Shown here piece after piece: positions 9,545-17,678 of a DNA stretch of 64,000 bases. The notes under the pieces were generated by a model, which made no database searches, was not told where the DNA came from, and worked only from the letters and a program-made list of their open reading frames with translations. A program made the translations under genes and the position numbers. The DNA comes from Patescibacteria group bacterium (GTDB taxonomy: Bacteria > Patescibacteriota > Minisyncoccia > Phycocordibacterales > Phycocordibacteraceae), in NCBI GenBank assembly GCA_018971045.1, contig JAGWVF010000005.1, forward strand, positions 10,764 to 74,763, written 5' to 3'. Position 1 is the first letter of the stretch. The number at the start of each line of letters is the position of its first letter.

Positions 9545-10495
9545 ATGCCGTTTATGTCATCCGCGAACTCGTTTCTCATCCTCGTGGTAAAGTCCATCGG
9601 ATCCTTTATCGTGCTGTCCGGCGCCAACCTGTTCGATACCATCGTCTTCAGCATCAATAGTATTAAGGCGGGAGATCAATCCGCACTCCCGGCATTATTT
9701 TTCATCGGTATCGAATTCTATTTGTTCTTCTTCGTATACCGCGTTTTTCGCATGATCTGGTATTTATCGCGCGAGGTGCCGTTCTTTCGAACGGCTGATC
9801 CGTATTTTTCGGCGCCGTGGCGGGGAGGGAAACGGATATTGCTTATCGGCGACAGCACGGCGTACGGCACGGGAGCGAGCCGTCCGGAAGACACGCTTGC
9901 CGGCCGGCTCGGCCGCGATTTTCCGACAGCCGAAATCGTAAATAAGGCGATAAACGGCTCGAAGGCGAAAAGCGCGCTCGAACAGCTCCGATCGACGGAG
10001 GGGCAGTTCGATCTCATTCTGATTTGCACGGGAGGCAATGATATTTGGAGCTACACGCGGCTCGCGACGCTTGAACAACATATGGACAATCTTCTTACGG
10101 AAGCCGTCGGTCGAAGCAATCATCAAGTCGTTGTACTCTTCTATCCCAATTTCGCGACAGCGGACATCTTTCCGAACCCGCTCCATTCCATCATGACGCG
10201 GCGGTCGCAGGAAGTATTTAATCTGTTTTCTCGCGTAACGAGCGCGTTCAACGTCCCGCTCATTGACCTCTTTACGACCTTTAAATCAAGAGATTTTTTC
10301 TCGGTGCGTGTCGCTGAAGATCGCGATCAATACGTCGCCGCGGACAAAATGCATCCGAACAGCGAAGGATATCGGCTCTGGTATAACCGGATGTGGCGCG
10401 AGATGGTCGAACATCGTTTTCCCTTTGTCGCGGCGCTGAAATCTCAAAACGGGGAGAGTATTCGTATGCAGTCGCTCGTGCGCCGCGAAAATTAA
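9545..10495 (+). CDS. SGNH/GDSL hydrolase with N-terminal TM segments
   Basis: GDST, GGND and DKMHPN motifs. Confidence 0.9.
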   Translation: MPFMSSANSFLILVVKSIGSFIVLSGANLFDTIVFSINSIKAGDQSALPALFFIGIEFYLFFFVYRVFRMIWYLSREVPFFRTADPYFSAPWRGGKRILLIGDSTAYGTGASRPEDTLAGRLGRDFPTAEIVNKAINGSKAKSALEQLRSTEGQFDLILICTGGNDIWSYTRLATLEQHMDNLLTEAVGRSNHQVVVLFYPNFATADIFPNPLHSIMTRRSQEVFNLFSRVTSAFNVPLIDLFTTFKSRDFFSVRVAEDRDQYVAADKMHPNSEGYRLWYNRMWREMVEHRFPFVAALKSQNGESIRMQSLVRREN

Positions 10496-10539
10496 AAGGA
10501 CCCGCATTTGTCATGGGGCCCTTTCTTCCGCGCCCTGTC

Positions 10540-10737
10540 TCACGGGCTGGCCGGATTCGATGATTGTTTCTTTAGTCGAGCAAGAAACTCCTCTTCGGGG
10601 TGGTCCGGATAGCGCGGTTGCGACTCGATGGTGCGCGTGCACGCTCTTGAACACGTCCCGCTTTCTCTATAGCGGGCATAGAATCCATCGATTGGACGCG
10701 CACACACCATACAGCGGTAGAGCAGTTTCTTCGCCAC
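10540..10737 (-). CDS. Small putative Zn-binding protein
   Basis: CMVC...CSRAC motif, GTG start. Confidence 0.35.
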   Translation of the reverse strand: MAKKLLYRCMVCARPIDGFYARYRESGTCSRACTRTIESQPRYPDHPEEEFLARLKKQSSNPASP

Positions 10738-10870
10738 CGCTTCAGAAAGAACAGGGTTCCTGTTAATTTTCTTCCCCTTTCGGTCGGTTCGTTGACGGGT
10801 TTTGACGACTATAGACAGCGCAGGGCTGTCTGTTTGTACGGTACTCGACTCTAGTGAGAACGCAAGAGAT

Positions 10871-10904
10871 AACGCACAGCCGCCCGTACGGGCGGCTGTG
10901 CGTT
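10871..10904. terminator. Perfect 34-bp palindrome, probable terminator of ssrA
   Basis: AACGCACAGCCGCCCGTACGGGCGGCTGTGCGTT directly after the tmRNA 3' end. Confidence 0.75.
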
Positions 10905-10909
10905 TATTA

Positions 10910-11316
10910 GGTGGAGATGTCGGGAATCGAACCCGAGTCCGAATCTGTTCAGGAAAGCGAGTCTACGGCGCGTAGTCGGCGTTATCTTTAAAGCAGGGTG
11001 CGAGGAACGCAGACGAAACCATCCCTGCCCGATCCCTTATTTAAATGTGCCGGTCGGGAAGCCGGACATCGATTCCGCAGGAGATTCCACCCATCGGCTC
11101 GACTGCAGAAACTCGGAGCCGGCGGATGTCGCGAGGCGAGTGGCCGTTAGGCGACCGCGTGCGCGAACGCGAAATCCTTCATACTGAAGTACGGGGACTT
11201 CGCGCTTGCAAGAGTGTTCTTGGCAAGTTTGATGGCTCGGTGGATTTACGTGGCATACGAGCGTGCACGGCGCCGCACGTCTTTCAAGGTACAGACCGTC
11301 AAAGCCGGTCATCCCC
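10910..11316 (-). ncRNA. ssrA: tmRNA
   Basis: 5' GGGGATG pairs with 3' CATCTCC-A-CC, T-arm GGTTCGATTCC, tag ORF 11203-11147 (AKSPYFSMKDFAFAHAVA*), directly downstream of smpB. Confidence 0.93.
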
Positions 11317-11351
11317 GACAAGAGCACAAGCGCGTTCTGCGCTTATCGGGA

Positions 11352-11795
11352 CTACCGATGTTTCAATACGCGTGCGCGTTCGCGATCGGCATCGCGCTTT
11401 TTTAAATCTTCGCGGCGGTCGGCTTTTCCCTTGCCGCGAACGATCGCGATTCGCGCTTTTACGAATCTATTTTTAGTATACACCTCAAGTGGAATAATTG
11501 TCAATCCTCTCTTCGCTTCTTCCTGCGCCAAGGTCGCGATTTCTTTCTTAGTAAGGAGAAGGCGGCGCGGACGCTCGGCGTCATAACTCTTCGCGATATT
11601 CGCCGTTTGGTAGGGCGGGATGGTCATGCCCACGATATACGCCTCGCCGCCGCGCACCACGACCCGCGCGCCATCAAGCGATCCTTGCTTATTCCGCAAC
11701 GACTTCACCTCGTCGCCCATAAGCTCAAGTCCGGCTGAGAAGGTCTCGATCGGTTGGAATTTGAGCAATGCCTTCTTGTATTCGACGAGCGTCAT
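11352..11795 (-). CDS. smpB: SsrA-binding protein
   Basis: AGLELMGDEVKSLR, RPRRLLLTKKEI, GLTIIPL and DRREDLKKRD motifs. Start moved to ATG 11795. Confidence 0.95.
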   Translation of the reverse strand: MTLVEYKKALLKFQPIETFSAGLELMGDEVKSLRNKQGSLDGARVVVRGGEAYIVGMTIPPYQTANIAKSYDAERPRRLLLTKKEIATLAQEEAKRGLTIIPLEVYTKNRFVKARIAIVRGKGKADRREDLKKRDADRERARVLKHR

Positions 11796-11817
11796 ACGGT
11801 GCAGTATACTCGGTTTT
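11796..11817. promoter_or_regulatory. Bidirectional -10 element (palindrome AGTATACT) shared by smpB and ftsH
   Basis: 22-bp intergenic region = 7 nt + AGTATACT (11803-11810) + 7 nt. Confidence 0.65.
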
Positions 11818-13788
11818 ATGACAAGCGGAGCGCCCAAGAAGCCAAAGGGACCGCCGGGTAACCGGCCGGGGAAGAAGCCCGCGCCCCGCACAGGGTGGCG
11901 CGGCCTTTTCGGCGGGCCGTCGTTCTTCGGAAATCTCGCGACCACCATTCTCATCTTTCTCTTACTGATGAGCGGCTACTCGCTCGTTATGAATACGATC
12001 AAGCCGAGTAATGAGATCCCGCTCTCGACGGTCGCGGCGGATGTCGCTCTAGGAAAGGTGAGTTCGATCTCAGTGAGCGGCGATTCGCTCGAAGTGGTCT
12101 ATGCCGACAAGACCGAGAAGACCTCCCGCAAGGATCCCTCGACCGGGCTTCCCGAGACGCTCGCGACGTACGGCGTGACGCCCGCCGAGCTTGCGAAGGT
12201 CGCGATCACCATCCAAGGACAATCAGGATTCGAGTTCTGGCTCCTCACGCTCGGGCCGATTCTGATACCGATCCTTTTTATCGCGTTTCTTTTCTGGTTT
12301 CTCTCGAGGCAGGTAAAGGGCGCGGGGATGCAGGCATTTACCTTCGGCCAATCGAAGGCGCGCATCACTGACCCGGCAGACGTGAATCAGCGCGTTACCT
12401 TCGCCGATGTCGCCGGCGCGCGCGAGGCGAAGGAGGAGCTTCTGGAGATCGTCGACTTTCTCAAGAGCCCGAAGAAGTTTCTCGATATCGGCGCCCGAAT
12501 CCCGAAGGGCATCATTCTCATGGGTGCCCCGGGGACCGGAAAGACGCTTCTCGCGCGCGCGGTCGCGGGCGAGGCGGGCGTGCCGTTCTTCTCGATCAGC
12601 GGATCCGAGTTCGTCGAGATGTTTGTCGGCGTCGGCGCCAGCCGCGTGCGCGACTTGTTCCAGATGGCGAAGAAGGCCGCTCCGGCGATTATCTTCGTTG
12701 ACGAGATCGACGCGGTCGGGCGCGTGCGCGGTACCGGCGTCGGCGGCGGCAATGACGAGCGCGAGCAGACGCTCAACCAAATCTTGGTCGAGATGGACGG
12801 CTTCGAGCCGACGGAGAAGGTGGTAGTGATGGCGGCAACCAACCGGCCGGATGTTCTCGACCCGGCGCTTCTGCGCCCCGGGCGCTTTGACCGCCGCGTG
12901 ACGATCGATCTCCCTGATCGCCGCGATCGCGAGGATATTTTGAAGATTCACGCGCGCGCGAAGCCTCTTGGCCCCGATGTCGCCCTCTCGGTCATCGCCG
13001 AGCGCACGCCCGGCTTCTCGGGCGCGGAGCTTTACTCGCTTATGAACGAAGCAGCGATTCTTGCCGCGCGCGAGAACCGCAAGGAAGTGACGCAGTACGA
13101 TCTCATTCGTTCGATTGAAAAAGTGATGCTCGGCCCCGAGCGGAAATCGCACCTGCTCAGTAAGAAAGAGAAGGAGCTCACCGCCTACCACGAGGCCGGG
13201 CACGCGCTCGTCTCCTCGATTCTTCCGAACGCCGATCCGGTGCATAAGATCTCGATCATCAGCCGCGGCCGCGCCGCCGGCTACACGCTGAAGCTTCCCT
13301 TCGAGGACCGCAAGATGCAATCCAAGAAGCAGTTTCTCGACGATATCGCGGCCACGCTCGGCGGCTACGTCGCCGAGGAGATGCTCTTCGACGACGTTAC
13401 GACCGGGCCCTCTAACGACCTGATGGTCATCACCGCGCTCGCGCGCGAGATGGTAACGCGCTACGGAATGAGCGATGTCTTGGGGCCGATCGCGTTTGGC
13501 GAGCGCCAGCTCGGCAACGAGCCGTACTCGGAGCAGGTGGCGGCGCAAATCGACGCCGAAGTCGCGCGCATCATCTCCGACGCCAAGGCGCGCGCGAAGA
13601 GCGTGCTTATCGAGCATCGCTCCGCTCTCGACGCGATCGCGAAAGAGCTCGTTGAAAAGGAGACGATCGAACGCGCCGACTTCGAGAAGCTGCTTATTGC
13701 GAACGGCATCACGCCAAAGAAACAGGACGAAGAGGGGATCGTCATCGCGCCCCTCATCGACAGCGCCACCGGGAGCGACGTTATATAA
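11818..13788 (+). CDS. ftsH: ATP-dependent zinc metalloprotease FtsH
   Basis: Two TMs, [17 protein letters not shown] ([10 protein letters not shown]), HEAGH. Start moved to ATG 11818. Confidence 0.97.
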   Translation: MTSGAPKKPKGPPGNRPGKKPAPRTGWRGLFGGPSFFGNLATTILIFLLLMSGYSLVMNTIKPSNEIPLSTVAADVALGKVSSISVSGDSLEVVYADKTEKTSRKDPSTGLPETLATYGVTPAELAKVAITIQGQSGFEFWLLTLGPILIPILFIAFLFWFLSRQVKGAGMQAFTFGQSKARITDPADVNQRVTFADVAGAREAKEELLEIVDFLKSPKKFLDIGARIPKGIILMGAPGTGKTLLARAVAGEAGVPFFSISGSEFVEMFVGVGASRVRDLFQMAKKAAPAIIFVDEIDAVGRVRGTGVGGGNDEREQTLNQILVEMDGFEPTEKVVVMAATNRPDVLDPALLRPGRFDRRVTIDLPDRRDREDILKIHARAKPLGPDVALSVIAERTPGFSGAELYSLMNEAAILAARENRKEVTQYDLIRSIEKVMLGPERKSHLLSKKEKELTAYHEAGHALVSSILPNADPVHKISIISRGRAAGYTLKLPFEDRKMQSKKQFLDDIAATLGGYVAEEMLFDDVTTGPSNDLMVITALAREMVTRYGMSDVLGPIAFGERQLGNEPYSEQVAAQIDAEVARIISDAKARAKSVLIEHRSALDAIAKELVEKETIERADFEKLLIANGITPKKQDEEGIVIAPLIDSATGSDVI

Positions 13789-13789
13789 A

Positions 13790-13995
13790 AATATAAAAAA
13801 TCCCCACCGGGCTACAGATATCGCGAAGCAGAGCAACGCGACGCCCATAGCCCCGTAGGGACTTTCTCTCTGACCAACCAACCAGTTTTCAAGTTACTCC
13901 CCGTCTTCGCGGGGAGGAGTGGGTGGCGAGGAGACATATATCGCTCGGCTCGCCAGCTGCTTCTCCTAACGAAATGGTCGGTCTGGACCCTATAG
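13790..13995 (-). ncRNA. Putative structured non-coding RNA of unknown family
   Basis: TTGACA(14028-14023)-17 nt-TGnTAGTAT promoter, several stems, terminal hairpin followed by a U-tract, no convincing ORF. Confidence 0.45.
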
Positions 13996-14075
13996 TTCTA
14001 TACTAGCATACCGTGTCTATTTTGTCAAGACCCCCGTAATGGCTCAAACGCTTTGACTCGAACCAAGAATCGCAG

Positions 14076-14148
14076 TGGGCGTGCCTGGACTCGAACCAGG
14101 AACCGCAGAGGTATAAGCTCTGTGCTCTAACCATTGAGCTACACGCCC
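14076..14148 (-). tRNA. tRNA-Ile (anticodon UAU)
   Basis: GGGCGTG/CACGCCC-A acceptor stem, anticodon arm CAGAG-CT TAT AC-CTCTG, GGTTCGAGTCC T-arm. Confidence 0.9.
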
Positions 14149-14250
14149 TTATTTTCACATTCCTTATTTTCACTTTCCTTCGCTTGCCGTACGCTCTCTA
14201 CTCTAGCCAACTGAGCTGCGGGCGGGAACATTCGTAACTGTACCGCACGA

Positions 14251-16419
14251 CTACTCCAAATGCATCTCGGCGCTCGCCGCGCTGACGCGCGCGGCGAGCG
14301 CCGGGTGGCGTGAGAGCTCGGGATCCTCGGCGACCAGCCGCGCGGCCTCGCTTCTCGCGGCCTCGACGAGCTTCATATTCTGAAGCGCCTCCATCGCGAT
14401 GTCCGAGACGCCCCACTGGCGGCCGCCTATAAGCTCGCCGGCGCCGCGGAGCGCGAGATCGTATTCGGCGAGCTCGAAGCCGTTCTTCGCGTTTGCGAAG
14501 GCCTTCATCCTCTCGCGCGTCGTCTCGCCCATAGTTTCAGGGAGAGCGAAGCAGTAGCTCTGATGCGTCGAGCGGATCACTCGGCCGCGTAGCTGATGGA
14601 GTTGCGCTAAGCCGAAGCGCTCGGCGCCCTCGACGAGGATCACGGTCGCGTTCGGGACGTTCACTCCCACTTCAACGACTGACGTCGCGACGAGAATATC
14701 TATTGCGCCCGTCGCGAAGCTCTGCATGGTCTCCTCCTTTTCTCCCGGTGTCATCTTGCTGTGCAATACACCGATCTCTGAGTCGGGAAACACCTCTCTG
14801 GAGAGCCGCGCGGCCTCCGCCTTCACCGACTTGGCTTGGAGCGCGAGCTCTCTTGCGGGATCGGGCTCGTCAATGCGAGGGCAGATTACATAGGCTTGAT
14901 GTCTGGCGGCGAGCTCGGAGCGCACGCGCGCGTACGCCCGCTCGCGCTCTTTTGGTCCGAGGATCTCCGTCATGACGGATTTTCGTCCCGCCGGCATCTC
15001 GTCGAGAAGCGTGAGATCGAGATCACCGTAGAGCGTGAGCGCGAGCGTGCGCGGGATGGGAGTCGCGGTCATCGAGAGAAGGTGCGGAGCAATGGAGCTC
15101 TTGGTCGCGAGCCGCTGGCGATGGATCGTCCCGAAGCGATGCTGTTCGTCGATGATCGCGTAGGCGAGATATTTAAAGACGAGCGACTTCTCGACGAGCG
15201 CGTGCGTGCCGATCACGATCGGTATCTCGCCGTTCGCCACCATCTTTTTAAACGCCGCTCTCGAGAGTTTCGCCGACTCTTCGTAGCGTACGCGCGAGGG
15301 GAACTTGCGGCACTCGCTTCCGGTAATAAGCCCGATTGGAATCGGATGATCTTTAAAATACGAAACAAAGGTCGAGAAGTGCTGTTTCGCGAGGATCTCG
15401 GTCGGGCAGAGATACGCGGTCTGCAGGGTTCCCGCGATGCGGCCCTTCGGGAGCGAGGTTGCGACGAGATACGCGGTCGCGGCGGCAACGGCGGTCTTGC
15501 CGCTCCCGACGTCGCCCTCAAGAAGGCGGAGCATCGGGTGCGTCTTTTCAAAATCGCTTACGATCGCGTCGATGGCGCGCTTCTGCGCCGCTGTCGCCGG
15601 AAAAGGGAAGGAGGCGATGAAACTCGCGAGTTTCTCCCGATCGACCGAGACGGGGAGCGCCTCTTCGCGCAGGAGCGCGTTCCGCCGCCGTTGCATGACC
15701 ACCTGAAGCGCGAATACTTCTTCAAAGGCGAACCGCTTGCGCGCCGCATCCGCATCCCCGCTCTTTTGCGGCGTGTGGATGAAGACGAGCGCGGTCGAAA
15801 GCGAGGGGAGGTTATAGCGCGCGAGCATGCTTGGCGGAAGCGGATCGTCGAGCGTCTCATGCGCGCGCGCCTCGAATGCTCTCTTCAGAGCGTGGAAAAA
15901 CCAGAGCGATGAGATTCCTTGGCTTTCCGGGTACATCGGATATAAGAATCGGTCTTGCATCAAGCCCGTTCCTTGATGAAAGAGCGAACCGTGCGCTTCA
16001 TCGGGAATCGCCGAATATCGCTTAATCTCAGGATTTGCCAGATACATTTTCGCTCCCGTTCCCGCCACTCTTCCGTTCACCCGTACCGTCATCCCGTCGT
16101 GGAGCGTCTTCGCGATATACGGCTGGCTGAACCACATCATTTTTATTTTCCCCGACGCGTCTTCAAGCCACGCTTCCGCTACCGGCCGCCGGCTCTTCCA
16201 TGTTTTGCGGATATCGGGCTTGCGCACCGTTCCGTAGAGCGCGGCCTCAGCTCCCGCCGTCACTCCGGCGATCGCGGCCGGAGGCCCGGAGCTTTCGTAA
16301 CGCGAAGGAAAGTGATAGAGAAGATCGCGGATGGTGCGGATCCCGAGCTTGGTAAGCGCGCGCTTCTGATCGCTTCGTAGACGGGTAAAATGCTTCTCGA
16401 TCGCATCGGAGGCGTGCAT
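14251..16419 (-). CDS. recG: ATP-dependent DNA helicase RecG
   Basis: Wedge OB domain, GDVGSGKT, DEQH, MTATPIPRTL, QLRGRV and DLALRGAGEL motifs. Confidence 0.96.
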   Translation of the reverse strand: MHASDAIEKHFTRLRSDQKRALTKLGIRTIRDLLYHFPSRYESSGPPAAIAGVTAGAEAALYGTVRKPDIRKTWKSRRPVAEAWLEDASGKIKMMWFSQPYIAKTLHDGMTVRVNGRVAGTGAKMYLANPEIKRYSAIPDEAHGSLFHQGTGLMQDRFLYPMYPESQGISSLWFFHALKRAFEARAHETLDDPLPPSMLARYNLPSLSTALVFIHTPQKSGDADAARKRFAFEEVFALQVVMQRRRNALLREEALPVSVDREKLASFIASFPFPATAAQKRAIDAIVSDFEKTHPMLRLLEGDVGSGKTAVAAATAYLVATSLPKGRIAGTLQTAYLCPTEILAKQHFSTFVSYFKDHPIPIGLITGSECRKFPSRVRYEESAKLSRAAFKKMVANGEIPIVIGTHALVEKSLVFKYLAYAIIDEQHRFGTIHRQRLATKSSIAPHLLSMTATPIPRTLALTLYGDLDLTLLDEMPAGRKSVMTEILGPKERERAYARVRSELAARHQAYVICPRIDEPDPARELALQAKSVKAEAARLSREVFPDSEIGVLHSKMTPGEKEETMQSFATGAIDILVATSVVEVGVNVPNATVILVEGAERFGLAQLHQLRGRVIRSTHQSYCFALPETMGETTRERMKAFANAKNGFELAEYDLALRGAGELIGGRQWGVSDIAMEALQNMKLVEAARSEAARLVAEDPELSRHPALAARVSAASAEMHLE

Positions 16420-16491
16420 GCCATCCAGTATACTCGCTACGGCGCGGCCTCACCGCTTCACGAGCGGACGCGGCATGGTATAGTCGAGTCG

Positions 16492-17616
16492 ATGGATAAA
16501 AAAATAGTAACTGCCTTTATGAAGCAGGGCGCGCGGATCGAGACTCGGGCTCGCGTGCCGCTTAAAGAGAAGAAGGACTTTTCACTCTGGTACACCCCGG
16601 GCGTGGGCGCCGCTTCGACTCATCTCGCGAAACACCCAAAGGATGCGCGCAACATGTCAGTGAAGAAGAATAGCGTCGCGGTCATCTCCGACGGATCGGC
16701 GGTCCTCGGTCTTGGCAATATCGGCCCCTACGGCGCTCTCCCCGTGATGGAAGGGAAGGCGCTCATTTTCAAAAGCCGAGCCGATATCGACGCGTGGCCG
16801 ATCGTGCTCTCGACTCAGGATCCAGACGAGATCGTCCGCACCGTACAGGCGATCGCGCCGGCGTTCGGCGGAATTAATCTTGAAGATATCGCCGCTCCGC
16901 AGTGTTTCGACATCGAGAAGCGGCTCGTAGAATCTCTCGATATTCCGGTGATGCACGACGATCAGCACGGCACGGCGATCGTCGTCCTGGCCGGACTCAT
17001 GAATGCCGCGAGAGTCGTGAAGAAGGATCTGAAGAGATTAAAGATCGTCATCAGCGGCGCCGGAGCGGCCGGTACGGCGGTCGCGAAGCTGCTTCTTACC
17101 GCCGGCGCGAAAGACATCATCCTCCTCGATCGAAAGGGCGCGATCTTCAAGGGGCGCGACGGTCTTAGCGCGCACAAGGCCGAACTCGCCGAGCTCACCA
17201 ACCCTCGCGGGGAGGCTGGCGGTCTTGAGGAAGCGATGCGCGGCGCGGACGCCTTTATCGGCGTATCGGGCGGAGGCCTTCTCCATGCCGATCATATCGC
17301 TCGGATGGCGCCGAGAGCGATCGTCTTCGCCCTCGCGAACCCTGATCCGGAGATTCTGCCCGAAGCGGCGAAGAAGGCCGGCGCGGCGGTCGTCGCCACC
17401 GGACGGTCCGATTTCCCAAATCAGATTAATAACGCGCTCGTGTTCCCGGGCATCTTCCGCGGCGCGCTCGACAAGGGCGTGAAGAAGATTACGGATCCGA
17501 TGAAATTGCGCGCGGCGAAAGCTCTCGCCGCGCTCGTCGCGCGCCCGACAAAGGAGCGCATCATCCCCGACATCCTGCATCCCCGTATCGTGAAGACAGT
17601 AGCCGAAGCAATGTAG
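16492..17616 (+). CDS. NAD(P)-dependent malic enzyme
   Basis: YTPGV, SDGSAVLGLGNIG, NLEDI, HDDQHGTA, GAGAAG and ATGRSDFPNQINN motifs. Start ATG 16492 is 7 nt after TGGTATAGT. Confidence 0.93.
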   Translation: MDKKIVTAFMKQGARIETRARVPLKEKKDFSLWYTPGVGAASTHLAKHPKDARNMSVKKNSVAVISDGSAVLGLGNIGPYGALPVMEGKALIFKSRADIDAWPIVLSTQDPDEIVRTVQAIAPAFGGINLEDIAAPQCFDIEKRLVESLDIPVMHDDQHGTAIVVLAGLMNAARVVKKDLKRLKIVISGAGAAGTAVAKLLLTAGAKDIILLDRKGAIFKGRDGLSAHKAELAELTNPRGEAGGLEEAMRGADAFIGVSGGGLLHADHIARMAPRAIVFALANPDPEILPEAAKKAGAAVVATGRSDFPNQINNALVFPGIFRGALDKGVKKITDPMKLRAAKALAALVARPTKERIIPDILHPRIVKTVAEAM

Positions 17617-17678
17617 GATAATCGTCTCTTGGGGATAAGTCTCAAGAAGGGAGATAGGAGGCTGTACGCTATGGATAT

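Noticed and set aside
12223-13881. 552-aa minus-strand ORF, and similar long antisense ORFs at 29923-31602, 14836-15912, 59349-60485, 33601-34536 and 45653-46609
   Set aside because: Shadow frames of well-supported genes in GC-rich DNA; no recognisable motifs
15953-15983. 12-bp imperfect inverted repeat in a recG linker as a third in-frame palindromic insert
   Set aside because: Short, with a mismatch; could be chance
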